A stretch of DNA of 32,000 nt from positions 1 through 32,000 of the forward strand of contig CAYZRF010000009.1 in NCBI GenBank assembly GCA_964480775.1. The letters are read 5' to 3'. This stretch comes from an uncultured Nitrososphaerota archaeon. Lineage in GTDB: Archaea; Korarchaeota; Korarchaeia; Korarchaeales; Korarchaeaceae. The notes beneath the pieces were generated by a model that ran no database searches, had not been told where the DNA came from, and worked only from the letters and a program-made list of their open reading frames with translations. This document shows positions 8,374 through 16,573 of the stretch, in pieces; positions within the stretch are counted from its first letter, which is position 1, and each line of letters begins with the position of its first letter. The translations under genes and the position numbers were made by a program.

Positions 8374-11130
8374 TTAATCTCGGCGATTTGGCGTCCATCT
8401 CATCTTGAACTTTCTCTCGAACAATTTTGGATAGAGTAGCAGACCTCCTGAAGATGCACCAAGTACAATAATCCACTCTTTGAGACCTAGACTAGAAGTC
8501 TCGAAGATTATTTGTAAGAACGGAACGTAAATTACTACAAGCTGAAGGAGTAGAGATATAGTTACTGCTAAAAACAACGTTTTATTTGCTATAAGTCTTT
8601 CTTTGGAGGCGAAAATATAGCGTTCTGGCGATCTACAGTTAAAGGAGAGGAACATCTCGAAGAAGACAGCAACAGTAAAGGCTACAGTTCTTGCAAGAGA
8701 AATGTCTCCTGTTGTTTTGTATAGATAGTAGAAGGGTAGTAAAGATGCTATAGCAGCTATAATTGCAGCAACAAGTATAAATTCGAACATTCCGTGATAG
8801 ATCTCCTCTTTGGGATCCCTGGGTGGCTTTTTCATCACATCTGGATCTGGAGGATCCATCCCCAAGGCAAGTGCAGGCAACCCGTCGGTGACTAAGTTTA
8901 TCCACAAAATCTGAACTGGAAGAAAAGGAACTGGAAGCTTGGCCAAGGCTGCTATGAACACTACCCCTATCTCATCCCAATTTGCTGAAAGTAGAAGTCT
9001 TATGAACTTTCTTATGTTTCCATATATCGTTCTACCCTCTTCAATGGCTGCTACAATCGTTGAGAAGTTATCGTCTGCTAACACCATATCTGCTGCCTCT
9101 TTTGTAACATCTGAGCCCCTAATTCCCATAGCTATCCCTATATCAGCTCTCTTTACTGAAGGAGCATCATTTACGCCATCTCCAGTCATTGCTACAATGT
9201 GATCCTTTCTTTTGAGGGAGTCAACTATTCTGAGTTTGTGTTTAGGAGATACTCTAGCAAAAACAGCTACTTTCTCTATCACTTCGTCAAGTTCCTCATC
9301 GCTCATATTTTCCAGCTCTTCTCCTGTGATGACCATGGAGTCTCCTTCCTCTATTATGCCTACTTCCCTTGCTATAGCCTCAGCAGTTAGTTTGTGATCT
9401 CCTGTGACCATTATGACTTTAAGACCTGCTTGTTTAGCTAGCTTAACGGCCTCTCTTACCTCTGCTCTAGGAGGATCTATCATCCCCACAATACCTAGAA
9501 ATATCATGTCCTTCTCGACTTCTTCCCGACCATATCCATCTTCTAATGCCTTAGACGCCATTGCCAGAACTCTCATCGCCTTTTTAGCCATATTTTCAAC
9601 TCTTGAGAGGATTTCTTTCTTAATATCCTCGTTTAACTGTTCTATCTTTCCGTTTATTAGAATTCTATTACATACTTTCAGTACAGCCTCCGGTGCCCCC
9701 TTAGAATAGGCAATCAGACCCTCTGATGTCTCATGTATTGTAGTCATCATTTTCCTAGTTGAGTCGAAGGGAACCTCGTCCACTCTTGGCTCTTTCTTCT
9801 CCAAAGATTCTTTCACTAATCCTCCCTTTGCACCAAGAACCAAGAGAGCTAATTCAGTCGGATCGCCACTTATGTGAAATTCTTCCCCAATGGAAACTAA
9901 AGAAGCGTCGTTACAGAGGATTCCTGTTTTCAAAAGCAATTTAAGGTGAGGCAGGTCCTCCGGGGATATCTCGCGTGAGGAGTTTCCTTCTTTTAGTATG
10001 AATTTTCCCTCTGGTATGTATCCTTCCCCGGTAACAGTTACGTCCCTGTCACAAATCCAGACCTCTCTTACAGTCATTTCGTTCCTAGTTATAGTTCCTG
10101 TCTTGTCGCTACATATTACGGTTGCACTCCCAAGTGTTTCTACGGCTGCAAGCCTTCTCACTATGGCTTTTCTTCTTGCCATCCTCCTCATTCCCATAGC
10201 TAATGTTACAGTTACAACAGCAGGTAGACCTTCTGGGACAGCTGAAACTGCTAGGCTTATTGACGTAAGAATGGCATCTTCAAGAACTCTGAGGCTGTGC
10301 AGCCCACCATACTCGATTATCTCGGATATTGCAACTATCGCGCATAACACAAGGATAAAAAGCCCTAGTTTCTTTCCGAATCTGTCCAAACGTTCTTGAA
10401 GCGGAGTTGCTCTTTCTTCTTCCTCTTTAAGCATCTCAGCTATTTTACCAACCTCTGTTTGCATGCCAGTTGCGACAACAACACCAAGACCATGACCATA
10501 TGAAACTGTTGTAGAGGAATAGACCATGTTTTTCCTTTCTGGAAGAGGAATCTCTTCATCGAGAATGATAGAAGGGTCTTTCTCTACGGGAACTGATTCT
10601 CCTGTTAGAATAGATTCATCAACTCTTAAATTGTAGGATTCTATGAGCCTGCAGTCGGCTGGGACTTTATCGCCTACTCTTAAGACTACAATGTCGCCCG
10701 GGACAAGCTCCCTAGCCGGAACCGTTATTTCTAGACCTTCTCTTATCACTTTTGCTTTTGGAGCTGCAAGTCTCTTCAATGCTTCAAGAGATTTCTCCGC
10801 TCTATATTCTTGAAAAGTTCCCAAGACTGCGTTAAGTAGTAGTATTGTAGCAATAGCTCCTGCATCGATATAGTCCTTCATAATCAAGGAAAAAACTATG
10901 GCAAAAAGAAGAATCCCAACAAGGAAGCTCTTAAACTGAGCTAGAAATATGCTAAAGGTAGTCTTCTTCTTTTTCTCCTCTATCTCGTTGTACCCATAAA
11001 TTTGAAGCCTTTTTTTGGCTTCTTCTTTGCTTAATCCTTTTCGAGATGAATCAAGTAATCTTAAGACTTCCTCGGAGCTTAACGTGTGCCATTTTACGTT
11101 TCTGGGGTTGGAGTTATCTCTTTGATTCAT
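8374..11130 (-). CDS. P-type cation-transporting ATPase, P2 (Ca2+-ATPase-like) type
   Basis: 918 aa. The phosphorylation site is CSDKTGTIT, the TM4 motif is PEGLP and the actuator motif is TGES. KGAPE and the hinge TGDGVNDAPS are also present. The N-terminal cation-ATPase-N helix reads WHTLSSEEVLRLL..GLSKEEAKKRL. About 10 TM segments. Confidence 0.95.
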   Translation of the reverse strand: MNQRDNSNPRNVKWHTLSSEEVLRLLDSSRKGLSKEEAKKRLQIYGYNEIEEKKKKTTFSIFLAQFKSFLVGILLFAIVFSLIMKDYIDAGAIATILLLNAVLGTFQEYRAEKSLEALKRLAAPKAKVIREGLEITVPARELVPGDIVVLRVGDKVPADCRLIESYNLRVDESILTGESVPVEKDPSIILDEEIPLPERKNMVYSSTTVSYGHGLGVVVATGMQTEVGKIAEMLKEEEERATPLQERLDRFGKKLGLFILVLCAIVAISEIIEYGGLHSLRVLEDAILTSISLAVSAVPEGLPAVVTVTLAMGMRRMARRKAIVRRLAAVETLGSATVICSDKTGTITRNEMTVREVWICDRDVTVTGEGYIPEGKFILKEGNSSREISPEDLPHLKLLLKTGILCNDASLVSIGEEFHISGDPTELALLVLGAKGGLVKESLEKKEPRVDEVPFDSTRKMMTTIHETSEGLIAYSKGAPEAVLKVCNRILINGKIEQLNEDIKKEILSRVENMAKKAMRVLAMASKALEDGYGREEVEKDMIFLGIVGMIDPPRAEVREAVKLAKQAGLKVIMVTGDHKLTAEAIAREVGIIEEGDSMVITGEELENMSDEELDEVIEKVAVFARVSPKHKLRIVDSLKRKDHIVAMTGDGVNDAPSVKRADIGIAMGIRGSDVTKEAADMVLADDNFSTIVAAIEEGRTIYGNIRKFIRLLLSANWDEIGVVFIAALAKLPVPFLPVQILWINLVTDGLPALALGMDPPDPDVMKKPPRDPKEEIYHGMFEFILVAAIIAAIASLLPFYYLYKTTGDISLARTVAFTVAVFFEMFLSFNCRSPERYIFASKERLIANKTLFLAVTISLLLQLVVIYVPFLQIIFETSSLGLKEWIIVLGASSGGLLLYPKLFERKFKMRWTPNRRD

Positions 11131-11346
11131 TTTATCACCTTAGAACTTCTCGAAGCATTATTGGAACCGCTTATTGACCCTTCCTTAGATCTATTTATTT
11201 GTGATGTTTCGGTCTAAGTCAAATTTCGTGGATAGACTACTATGTTTAAGGCGATCTAACATTTATGATGAATGGGACTTTGAGTTAAGTTAATAGCTGT
11301 TTCTTTCTTTATGAGATGATCTAATCATCAGGGCAAGGGTTGAAGG

Positions 11347-11859
11347 GTGGAATCCATTAACAGTGGAAATGAAAGGGAAAAACCAGGCGAAGTAATTAAA
11401 GATGATACAAAAAGAATAGAGAACATAGCGAGACGCCTTCTTAAGGAAACGAAGGGTTCAAAAGAAGAGATAATCAGGTGGATGCGTGAAGTTTTAGATA
11501 GAAAAGGTCTGGAAGTCTTAATAGATCTTCTTGAAGGGATGACTGACGCTTTAAGGATGTTAATACTCATAGTCAGCGGGGAAACCATCGAGTTCCTACC
11601 TACTTTGGGCGACGTCCACTATCTCAAAGTTATGACACATGAAGACGGCATGGAGAGAAAATTAGGCCCTAGAGGAGATATTGGAATATACAGTCTTCCT
11701 TTGCATGAGGGAAAGTCAAGCAAGAAGGTTGTTGGTCACATTTGCGTTGCACTTCACATTCCAACTGGAAAGGGAGTTTTGTGGCTCGTACCTAATGTAG
11801 TCTCTGCCGCAGCATCTATAGAGTCGGACTTGCTTGCTTGGAAATTTATGGAAACTTAA
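11347..11859 (+). CDS. Hypothetical protein
   Basis: 170 aa with a GTG start. It has a helical charged N-terminal half and a beta-rich C-terminal half (GHICVALHIPTGKGVLWLVPN). Its composition is more protein-like than the overlapping Ser-rich antisense ORF 11328..11588. Confidence 0.45.
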   Translation: MESINSGNEREKPGEVIKDDTKRIENIARRLLKETKGSKEEIIRWMREVLDRKGLEVLIDLLEGMTDALRMLILIVSGETIEFLPTLGDVHYLKVMTHEDGMERKLGPRGDIGIYSLPLHEGKSSKKVVGHICVALHIPTGKGVLWLVPNVVSAAASIESDLLAWKFMET

Positions 11860-11887
11860 TGGATTCAGTGAGTATTAGTTTTCAGTG

Positions 11888-12367
11888 TCAAAATTTCTCG
11901 GCAGATCCCACAGATGCTAACACAGCTACAGCGAATGCACCAACTATCCCGTCACCGTTTCCACCTAATTCGAGCAATTGGATTCCTGTTTGTTCTGACA
12001 CTTCTAAAACAAGTTTTTTAGGAATTTTCGAATTTAGGGATGCCTTTGCAAGCTTAACAGCCAAAGGAAACGCTCTATCCATAACTACCGCTAGGCCAGG
12101 ATCGCTTTCGTTCGATGAAAGATCCATCACCAGCCCACCCACAAAATCCATAGCCTCTCCTGGATCCATTCTCACCTTGATAGCGTATGCTGCATTATCG
12201 TTGTCAAACCCTATCTCTTTGAGCTTAGGAAGTTGTAATTTGAATATCTCCACGTTATATCCCTGCAAACGAAGTTGGTGTGCTATTTTGCTGGCTATAG
12301 AGCCAGTGTCCTCGGAATCTTCACCATCTAAGTCATCTAGTCCTATCCATAAGATGGGTACAGACAT
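11888..12367 (-). CDS. Hypothetical protein, last gene of the ferredoxin-AOR operon
   Basis: 159 aa, 56 nt downstream of aor on the same strand. The N-terminus ILWIGLDDLDGEDSEDTGSIA loosely recalls the IGIDDTDS start of the TiaS N-terminal domain, but I cannot confirm homology. The overlapping plus-strand ORF 11838..12371 is Ser/Pro-rich and looks like an antisense artefact. Confidence 0.55.
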   Translation of the reverse strand: MSVPILWIGLDDLDGEDSEDTGSIASKIAHQLRLQGYNVEIFKLQLPKLKEIGFDNDNAAYAIKVRMDPGEAMDFVGGLVMDLSSNESDPGLAVVMDRAFPLAVKLAKASLNSKIPKKLVLEVSEQTGIQLLELGGNGDGIVGAFAVAVLASVGSAEKF

Positions 12368-12423
12368 TTAAATCGCCTTTTTCCAGAGAAAAAATGAACC
12401 GTTCTTTCGAATTGTTTAGTAAT

Positions 12424-14184
12424 TTAAATGATATCCCACTCTTTCAGGGTGTTGCTGAAGTGTTTTAGACCACGTTCAAAATACTCTTCTTCAAGGATAC
12501 CATGAGGTGTGGGAACCTCCAAGATCCTTCTTGGAGCCTTTAGTTCTGTTGGATCGAACCCCATTTGAATCTTAAGGGAATATCTCTGTTTGTATATGTC
12601 TCTTCCAAGTCTATGGAGTTCTTCAGGAGGAACTGGTATGCCTAAGGGGTCTAGTGCTTCCGACACCGTCTCGACATCGTATATGCCTCTCGCAAACAGA
12701 CAAATTACTAGGCTGTTGAGAACCATTCTCCAACTCTCCTCCTTGATCAATTTTTCGACTAGCTCTTCTGGAGGTGGAAGCTCACTGATTTTTTGATCAA
12801 GGGAGTATCCAGCATTGTCAAGATGACTATGCCTGCCTCCGACAAGAAAGCCGAGGTAAGCTGCGGGTCCTGTGTGATATCCGGGCATTTCATTCCCACC
12901 GAAGAAAAGTGCAAATTCCTCTCCTCCAAAACGTTTAGATGCATTCCTAACTCCTAAAGCCAACTCTCTATAGAACTCGTTTGGCTGTTCTACGACCATT
13001 TTTACGGCCTTAATATATGACTCATAGTTGCCCCATTTTAGTCTAAGGAGAGTTTTTCTCTCGGAAATCAGCCCCCTTTCAAGGGCTTCTGTAGCCCAAG
13101 CAAGGCAAACACCAGTGCTTATGGCGTCTAATCCAACTGACTCGACAAAATGCAGAAGCTTCAAGAAGTCCTCTCTATTTCCTATGCCTAACATGCTGCC
13201 CAGGGCGTATGCCAGCTCATAGTCATACGAGATGAATACAGTCTTGTAGAAGAAGGGTTCATGTGGGTAGGGTTCCCTTAACGCTGCAAGATGAATGCAC
13301 GCAACTGGGCATCCTGAACAAGCAATTCTTCTTCCTAAAACCTTTGAAGCCATCTCTTCTCCGCTTATGTTCTCAGCCTGCTCAAATCTGCCTGATTTAA
13401 GGTTCATAGTTGGTAAGGCACCAAGCTCATTTAACGGCAAGACATTCATCGTGGTTCCTAGTTCGTGGTACTTTTTCATCAACCCAGATCTAACGGCTTT
13501 CTCGAAGATCTTATCGTAAACTTTCCTGTAAGCAACCTTATCTTCTACCTTTAAGGCCTTCCTTCCCGAGATAACGATGGCCTTTAGTTTTTTAGAACCA
13601 AACACGGCTCCCAAGCCTAGTCTTCCGAAATGTCTGAAAGATTCTACCATTACTGATGCGTACCTAACCAGCTTTTCTCCTGCGGGACCTATCCTAAGAA
13701 TGCTTCTGTAACCCGCACTTGGCTCCCTTTCAGCAATCACTCTTCCAACTGTAAAACTGCTTGTCATTCCCCACAATGCACTTGCGTCCCTGAAGTGAAC
13801 CCTGTCCTCGTGAATTGCTAAGTATATGGGAGTTTCGCTAGCCCCTCTTATTACAATAGCCATGTAGCCTGCAAGCTTGATCGAAACGCTACTCCTTCCA
13901 CCCGCATACGATTCGCCTAAGTTCCCAGTAAGAGGACTTTTGAAGAGGGCAACAGTCTTGGATCCAAGAGGATACGCTGCATTGAAGGGGCCTACTGCGA
14001 GTATTATGGAATTCTCTGGACTCAAAGGATCGACTGACGTCATGTTCTCTTCTTTCAGTAGTTGAATTCCTAAACCGATCCCTCCAAGCCATTCCTCTAC
14101 TAAGTCATCTCTCTCTTCGACCCAGCTCGTTCTTCTGTTTAGATCTATGTACAGAACTTTTGAGAAAGGCTTCGGTTCGTACAT
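12424..14184 (-). CDS. aor: Tungsten/molybdopterin aldehyde:ferredoxin oxidoreductase family protein (AOR family)
   Basis: 586 aa. The AOR N-terminal domain reads ILAVGPFNAAYPLGSKTVALFKSPLTGNLGESYAGGR. The cluster/pterin region is RIACSGCPVACIH. The start codon abuts the upstream stop (TGAATG) and is preceded by GGAGGTGA. Confidence 0.9.
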   Translation of the reverse strand: MYEPKPFSKVLYIDLNRRTSWVEERDDLVEEWLGGIGLGIQLLKEENMTSVDPLSPENSIILAVGPFNAAYPLGSKTVALFKSPLTGNLGESYAGGRSSVSIKLAGYMAIVIRGASETPIYLAIHEDRVHFRDASALWGMTSSFTVGRVIAEREPSAGYRSILRIGPAGEKLVRYASVMVESFRHFGRLGLGAVFGSKKLKAIVISGRKALKVEDKVAYRKVYDKIFEKAVRSGLMKKYHELGTTMNVLPLNELGALPTMNLKSGRFEQAENISGEEMASKVLGRRIACSGCPVACIHLAALREPYPHEPFFYKTVFISYDYELAYALGSMLGIGNREDFLKLLHFVESVGLDAISTGVCLAWATEALERGLISERKTLLRLKWGNYESYIKAVKMVVEQPNEFYRELALGVRNASKRFGGEEFALFFGGNEMPGYHTGPAAYLGFLVGGRHSHLDNAGYSLDQKISELPPPEELVEKLIKEESWRMVLNSLVICLFARGIYDVETVSEALDPLGIPVPPEELHRLGRDIYKQRYSLKIQMGFDPTELKAPRRILEVPTPHGILEEEYFERGLKHFSNTLKEWDII

Positions 14185-14619
14185 TCATCTCACCTCCTCA
14201 AGAGCTATCACATTGTAAGGGCAGTAGTTCGCGCAATAGCCACAGTACACGCAGATTATGGGCTTGTTTACCTCTTCATCCCAGAAGATTGCTCCAAAGG
14301 GACATGCTTCAACACAATAACCGCAAGCTATGCATTTTTCGGGCTTAAGGATGACGCCTCCCCCTTTTCTAGGCACGAGAGCATCTTCAGGACATACTTT
14401 TGCACATGGAGGCTCTGAGCAGGCTCTGCAAACCACTACGATAAAGCCTTTCTCCATGCCTCCGGCACTTTTAACGTGTATCGCTGACTTTCCATAACCA
14501 ACTTCAGCGAATCTTCTAGTGCAGGCAAGCATACATGAAGCGCAGCCTACGCATAAATCAGAATCTAGAACTGAGAGGCGTTTCGTCAAATATATCCCAA
14601 GTTTGATGTAAATCCTCAC
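14185..14619 (-). CDS. Polyferredoxin subunit with four [4Fe-4S]-type cysteine motifs (AorA-like electron-transfer subunit)
   Basis: 144 aa with 16 Cys arranged as CVGCASCMLAC, CRACSEPPCAKVCP, CIACGYCVEACP and CVYCGYCANYCP. It is translationally coupled to aor. GTG start; an alternative TTG lies 11 codons downstream. Confidence 0.85.
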   Translation of the reverse strand: MRIYIKLGIYLTKRLSVLDSDLCVGCASCMLACTRRFAEVGYGKSAIHVKSAGGMEKGFIVVVCRACSEPPCAKVCPEDALVPRKGGGVILKPEKCIACGYCVEACPFGAIFWDEEVNKPIICVYCGYCANYCPYNVIALEEVR

Positions 14620-14760
14620 TCAAAAACACATCTTTTACATTTGAAAAATAGTGGATTGCTTTCCTCCAGAAAATTAAGATATTATGTGCTGGAAAGGTTC
14701 CAGTCAGACAACTAAGGATCCTTTTAACAAACAATTGAGGACAGATTAAACGAGGAATCC

Positions 14761-14776
14761 TTTTTATTGAAAATTA
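14761..14776 (+). promoter_or_regulatory. TATA-like box upstream of tpiA (probably a leaderless or very short-leader transcript)
   Basis: tttttattgaaaatta is centred about 24 nt upstream of ATG 14792. There is no Shine-Dalgarno sequence in between. Confidence 0.3.
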
Positions 14777-14791
14777 ACGAGTTTTGTTGGA

Positions 14792-15496
14792 ATGAGAGAT
14801 AGACTTCCCGTAATTCTAGTGAACCTGAAGCTTTACGAACAGTCTATAGGTCAGAAAGCTTTTGAAATAGGCAAAGCGGCAGAGTCAGTTTGGAAGGAGA
14901 GTGGAGTTCTTATAGGGATTGCACCCAATGCTTTGGACGCCGCTACGCTAGCAGAGAAGCTGGAAATTCCAATTTTCGTTCAACACGTTGATTCTACCCC
15001 TTTTGGGGCTTTTACTGGTCATATAAGCCCACTACAACTTAAAAAATACGGAATAGCTGGAAGCCTATTGAATCACAGCGAAAAAAGGCTGAAATTAAGT
15101 GATATCTCTTGGATTAACCAAAAACTGGTGGAAGAAGGCTTAATTTCCATAATATGCGCCTCTACACCAAAAGAAACTCTCTCAGTCGCTCTACTGCAGC
15201 CTACTTCTGTTGCTATAGAGCCTCCAGAACTTATTGGAACTGGAATCCCGGTATCCAAGGCAAGACCAGAGACTGTAACCGAAACCTTAGATTTAGTTAG
15301 GTCGTTCGCTCCTGACGTCAAAGTATTGTGCGGTGCGGGTATTTCTACAGGAGAAGACGTTGAGAAGGCAATTAAGCTTGGAACAGACGGTGTCCTTCTT
15401 GCTTCTGCTGTGGCAAAACACCCAAATCCAAGGAAAAAGTTGATGGAGCTAGCTAATGGGGCTCTGAAGGCTTCAGATGCATGCTCTAAAAGGTAA
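14792..15496 (+). CDS. tpiA: Triosephosphate isomerase, archaeal short type
   Basis: 234 aa. It is colinear with Pyrococcus TIM as I recall it: the NLKLY Lys loop, LLNHSEKR catalytic His, AIEPPELIGTGIPVSKA catalytic Glu, and VLCGAGISTGEDVEKAIKLGTDGVLLAS. Confidence 0.95.
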   Translation: MRDRLPVILVNLKLYEQSIGQKAFEIGKAAESVWKESGVLIGIAPNALDAATLAEKLEIPIFVQHVDSTPFGAFTGHISPLQLKKYGIAGSLLNHSEKRLKLSDISWINQKLVEEGLISIICASTPKETLSVALLQPTSVAIEPPELIGTGIPVSKARPETVTETLDLVRSFAPDVKVLCGAGISTGEDVEKAIKLGTDGVLLASAVAKHPNPRKKLMELANGALKASDACSKR

Positions 15497-15578
15497 GTAT
15501 CTGCTACTGCTATTTCAGCATAAACAGATCATATCATGATACCATCGCCCTATACGTGTTTATCTTCAATATTCCATT

Positions 15579-16553
15579 CTAGAAAGACCTCGCTGCTTTC
15601 ATAAACGCGTGTATATTCTCCAGAGGTGCAAAATAGGGGACATCGCATCCTGTGCTTACTATTAAGTTTCTGAAATCAGACATTCGTTTCAACATGTCTC
15701 CAACTTCCGTCTCTACCACGCCTTGTGGTCTTGTAGCCAACTTCATAGGAGAGTAATTTCCGAACAGAATTACAGCTTCAGGAACTTTTTCGGCAGCAAC
15801 TCTAAGATCTATATTGTCATCAAAGCTCAGAATGTGCGCTCCTGTCTCTACCATATCTAAAAGCAGGTGATTTGCCCTGCCACATATGTGTAGAGCCCAA
15901 GTGGGCCCTACTTTCTCGATTATCCTCGAAATGTAGGGCTTGGAGAACCTTCTGAAGTCTTCATTTGAGATGGAACTTGACATGGGTTCTGCCAAGACCA
16001 AAAGGTCTGTGATGGGAGCTAGTTCCCTTGCATAGCTCAGAATAACATCTGTTGAAAAGGACATGATTTCATCCAAGAGATCGGGTTTTTTCCTAACCAT
16101 TCTCATCAATCTACCGAATCCAACAAGCTGGCCAGCAAGGGTAAAAGGTCCTGACACGTAGAACCCGACAAACGCGTTTCTTCTAAGTTTTTGCATTAGT
16201 TCAGCTGTTCTAATCATGAGAGGGAGCCTTCCGCTAGTTTTCGGATTGGGAACCTCTAATCCCTCAAGATCGGCGCTTGACTCTAGCTTCAAGTGCTCGA
16301 CCACAGTAGGGGCGCTGTTTTCCTTCATGGAAACTTTTACGCCAACTGATTCGGCTTCTACAGTTAGGTCCATGAGTGGAAATACTATATCAAGACCGAA
16401 TTCCTCAAAAGAAGCTTTCATAAGCTTCATATGGAGCTCTGGCTCTCCAAGACATTCGTTTGCCTTTCCATTTATTAACTTAAGGCTTGGATAAGCTACC
16501 AGCGGTGCTACTAACAACTTCTCGCCCGATAGGACCCGATCTACTATATCCAT
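15579..16553 (-). CDS. UroD-fold methylcobamide:thiol methyltransferase (MT2; MtaA/MtbA-like)
   Basis: 324 aa, uroporphyrinogen-decarboxylase-family fold pattern. The zinc/thiolate-activating triad is present: H-I-C at 15882..15890 (H222, C224) and C303 in STGCDVP (15645..15647). AGGAGGAGG lies 4 nt upstream of the ATG. The gene is 20 nt downstream of the MT1 gene. Confidence 0.8.
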   Translation of the reverse strand: MDIVDRVLSGEKLLVAPLVAYPSLKLINGKANECLGEPELHMKLMKASFEEFGLDIVFPLMDLTVEAESVGVKVSMKENSAPTVVEHLKLESSADLEGLEVPNPKTSGRLPLMIRTAELMQKLRRNAFVGFYVSGPFTLAGQLVGFGRLMRMVRKKPDLLDEIMSFSTDVILSYARELAPITDLLVLAEPMSSSISNEDFRRFSKPYISRIIEKVGPTWALHICGRANHLLLDMVETGAHILSFDDNIDLRVAAEKVPEAVILFGNYSPMKLATRPQGVVETEVGDMLKRMSDFRNLIVSTGCDVPYFAPLENIHAFMKAARSF

Positions 16554-16573
16554 GAAGCCTCCTCCTGATTAGA

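Noticed and set aside
8639-10399. A series of ORFs of 61-133 aa (8639..8905, 8939..9202, 9199..9397, 9404..9709, 9759..9944, 9998..10399) inside the P-type ATPase gene
   Set aside because: All lie antisense to, or out of frame with, a 918-aa gene that has every P-type ATPase motif intact. Their Ser/Leu/Pro/Thr-rich translations are typical shadow ORFs.
11265-11330. A candidate C/D-box sRNA: ATGATGA at 11265..11271 and TGATGA on the opposite strand at 11325..11330, in the long spacer upstream of 11347
   Set aside because: Neither strand has matching CTGA D/D' boxes at the required spacing of about 12 nt, and the distances do not fit a 50-70 nt C/D RNA.
11838-12371. A 177-aa plus-strand ORF almost exactly overlapping the 159-aa minus-strand gene
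   Set aside because: The translation is low-complexity and Ser/Pro/Thr-rich with no charged-residue pattern. The minus-strand product has normal globular composition and operon context behind aor.
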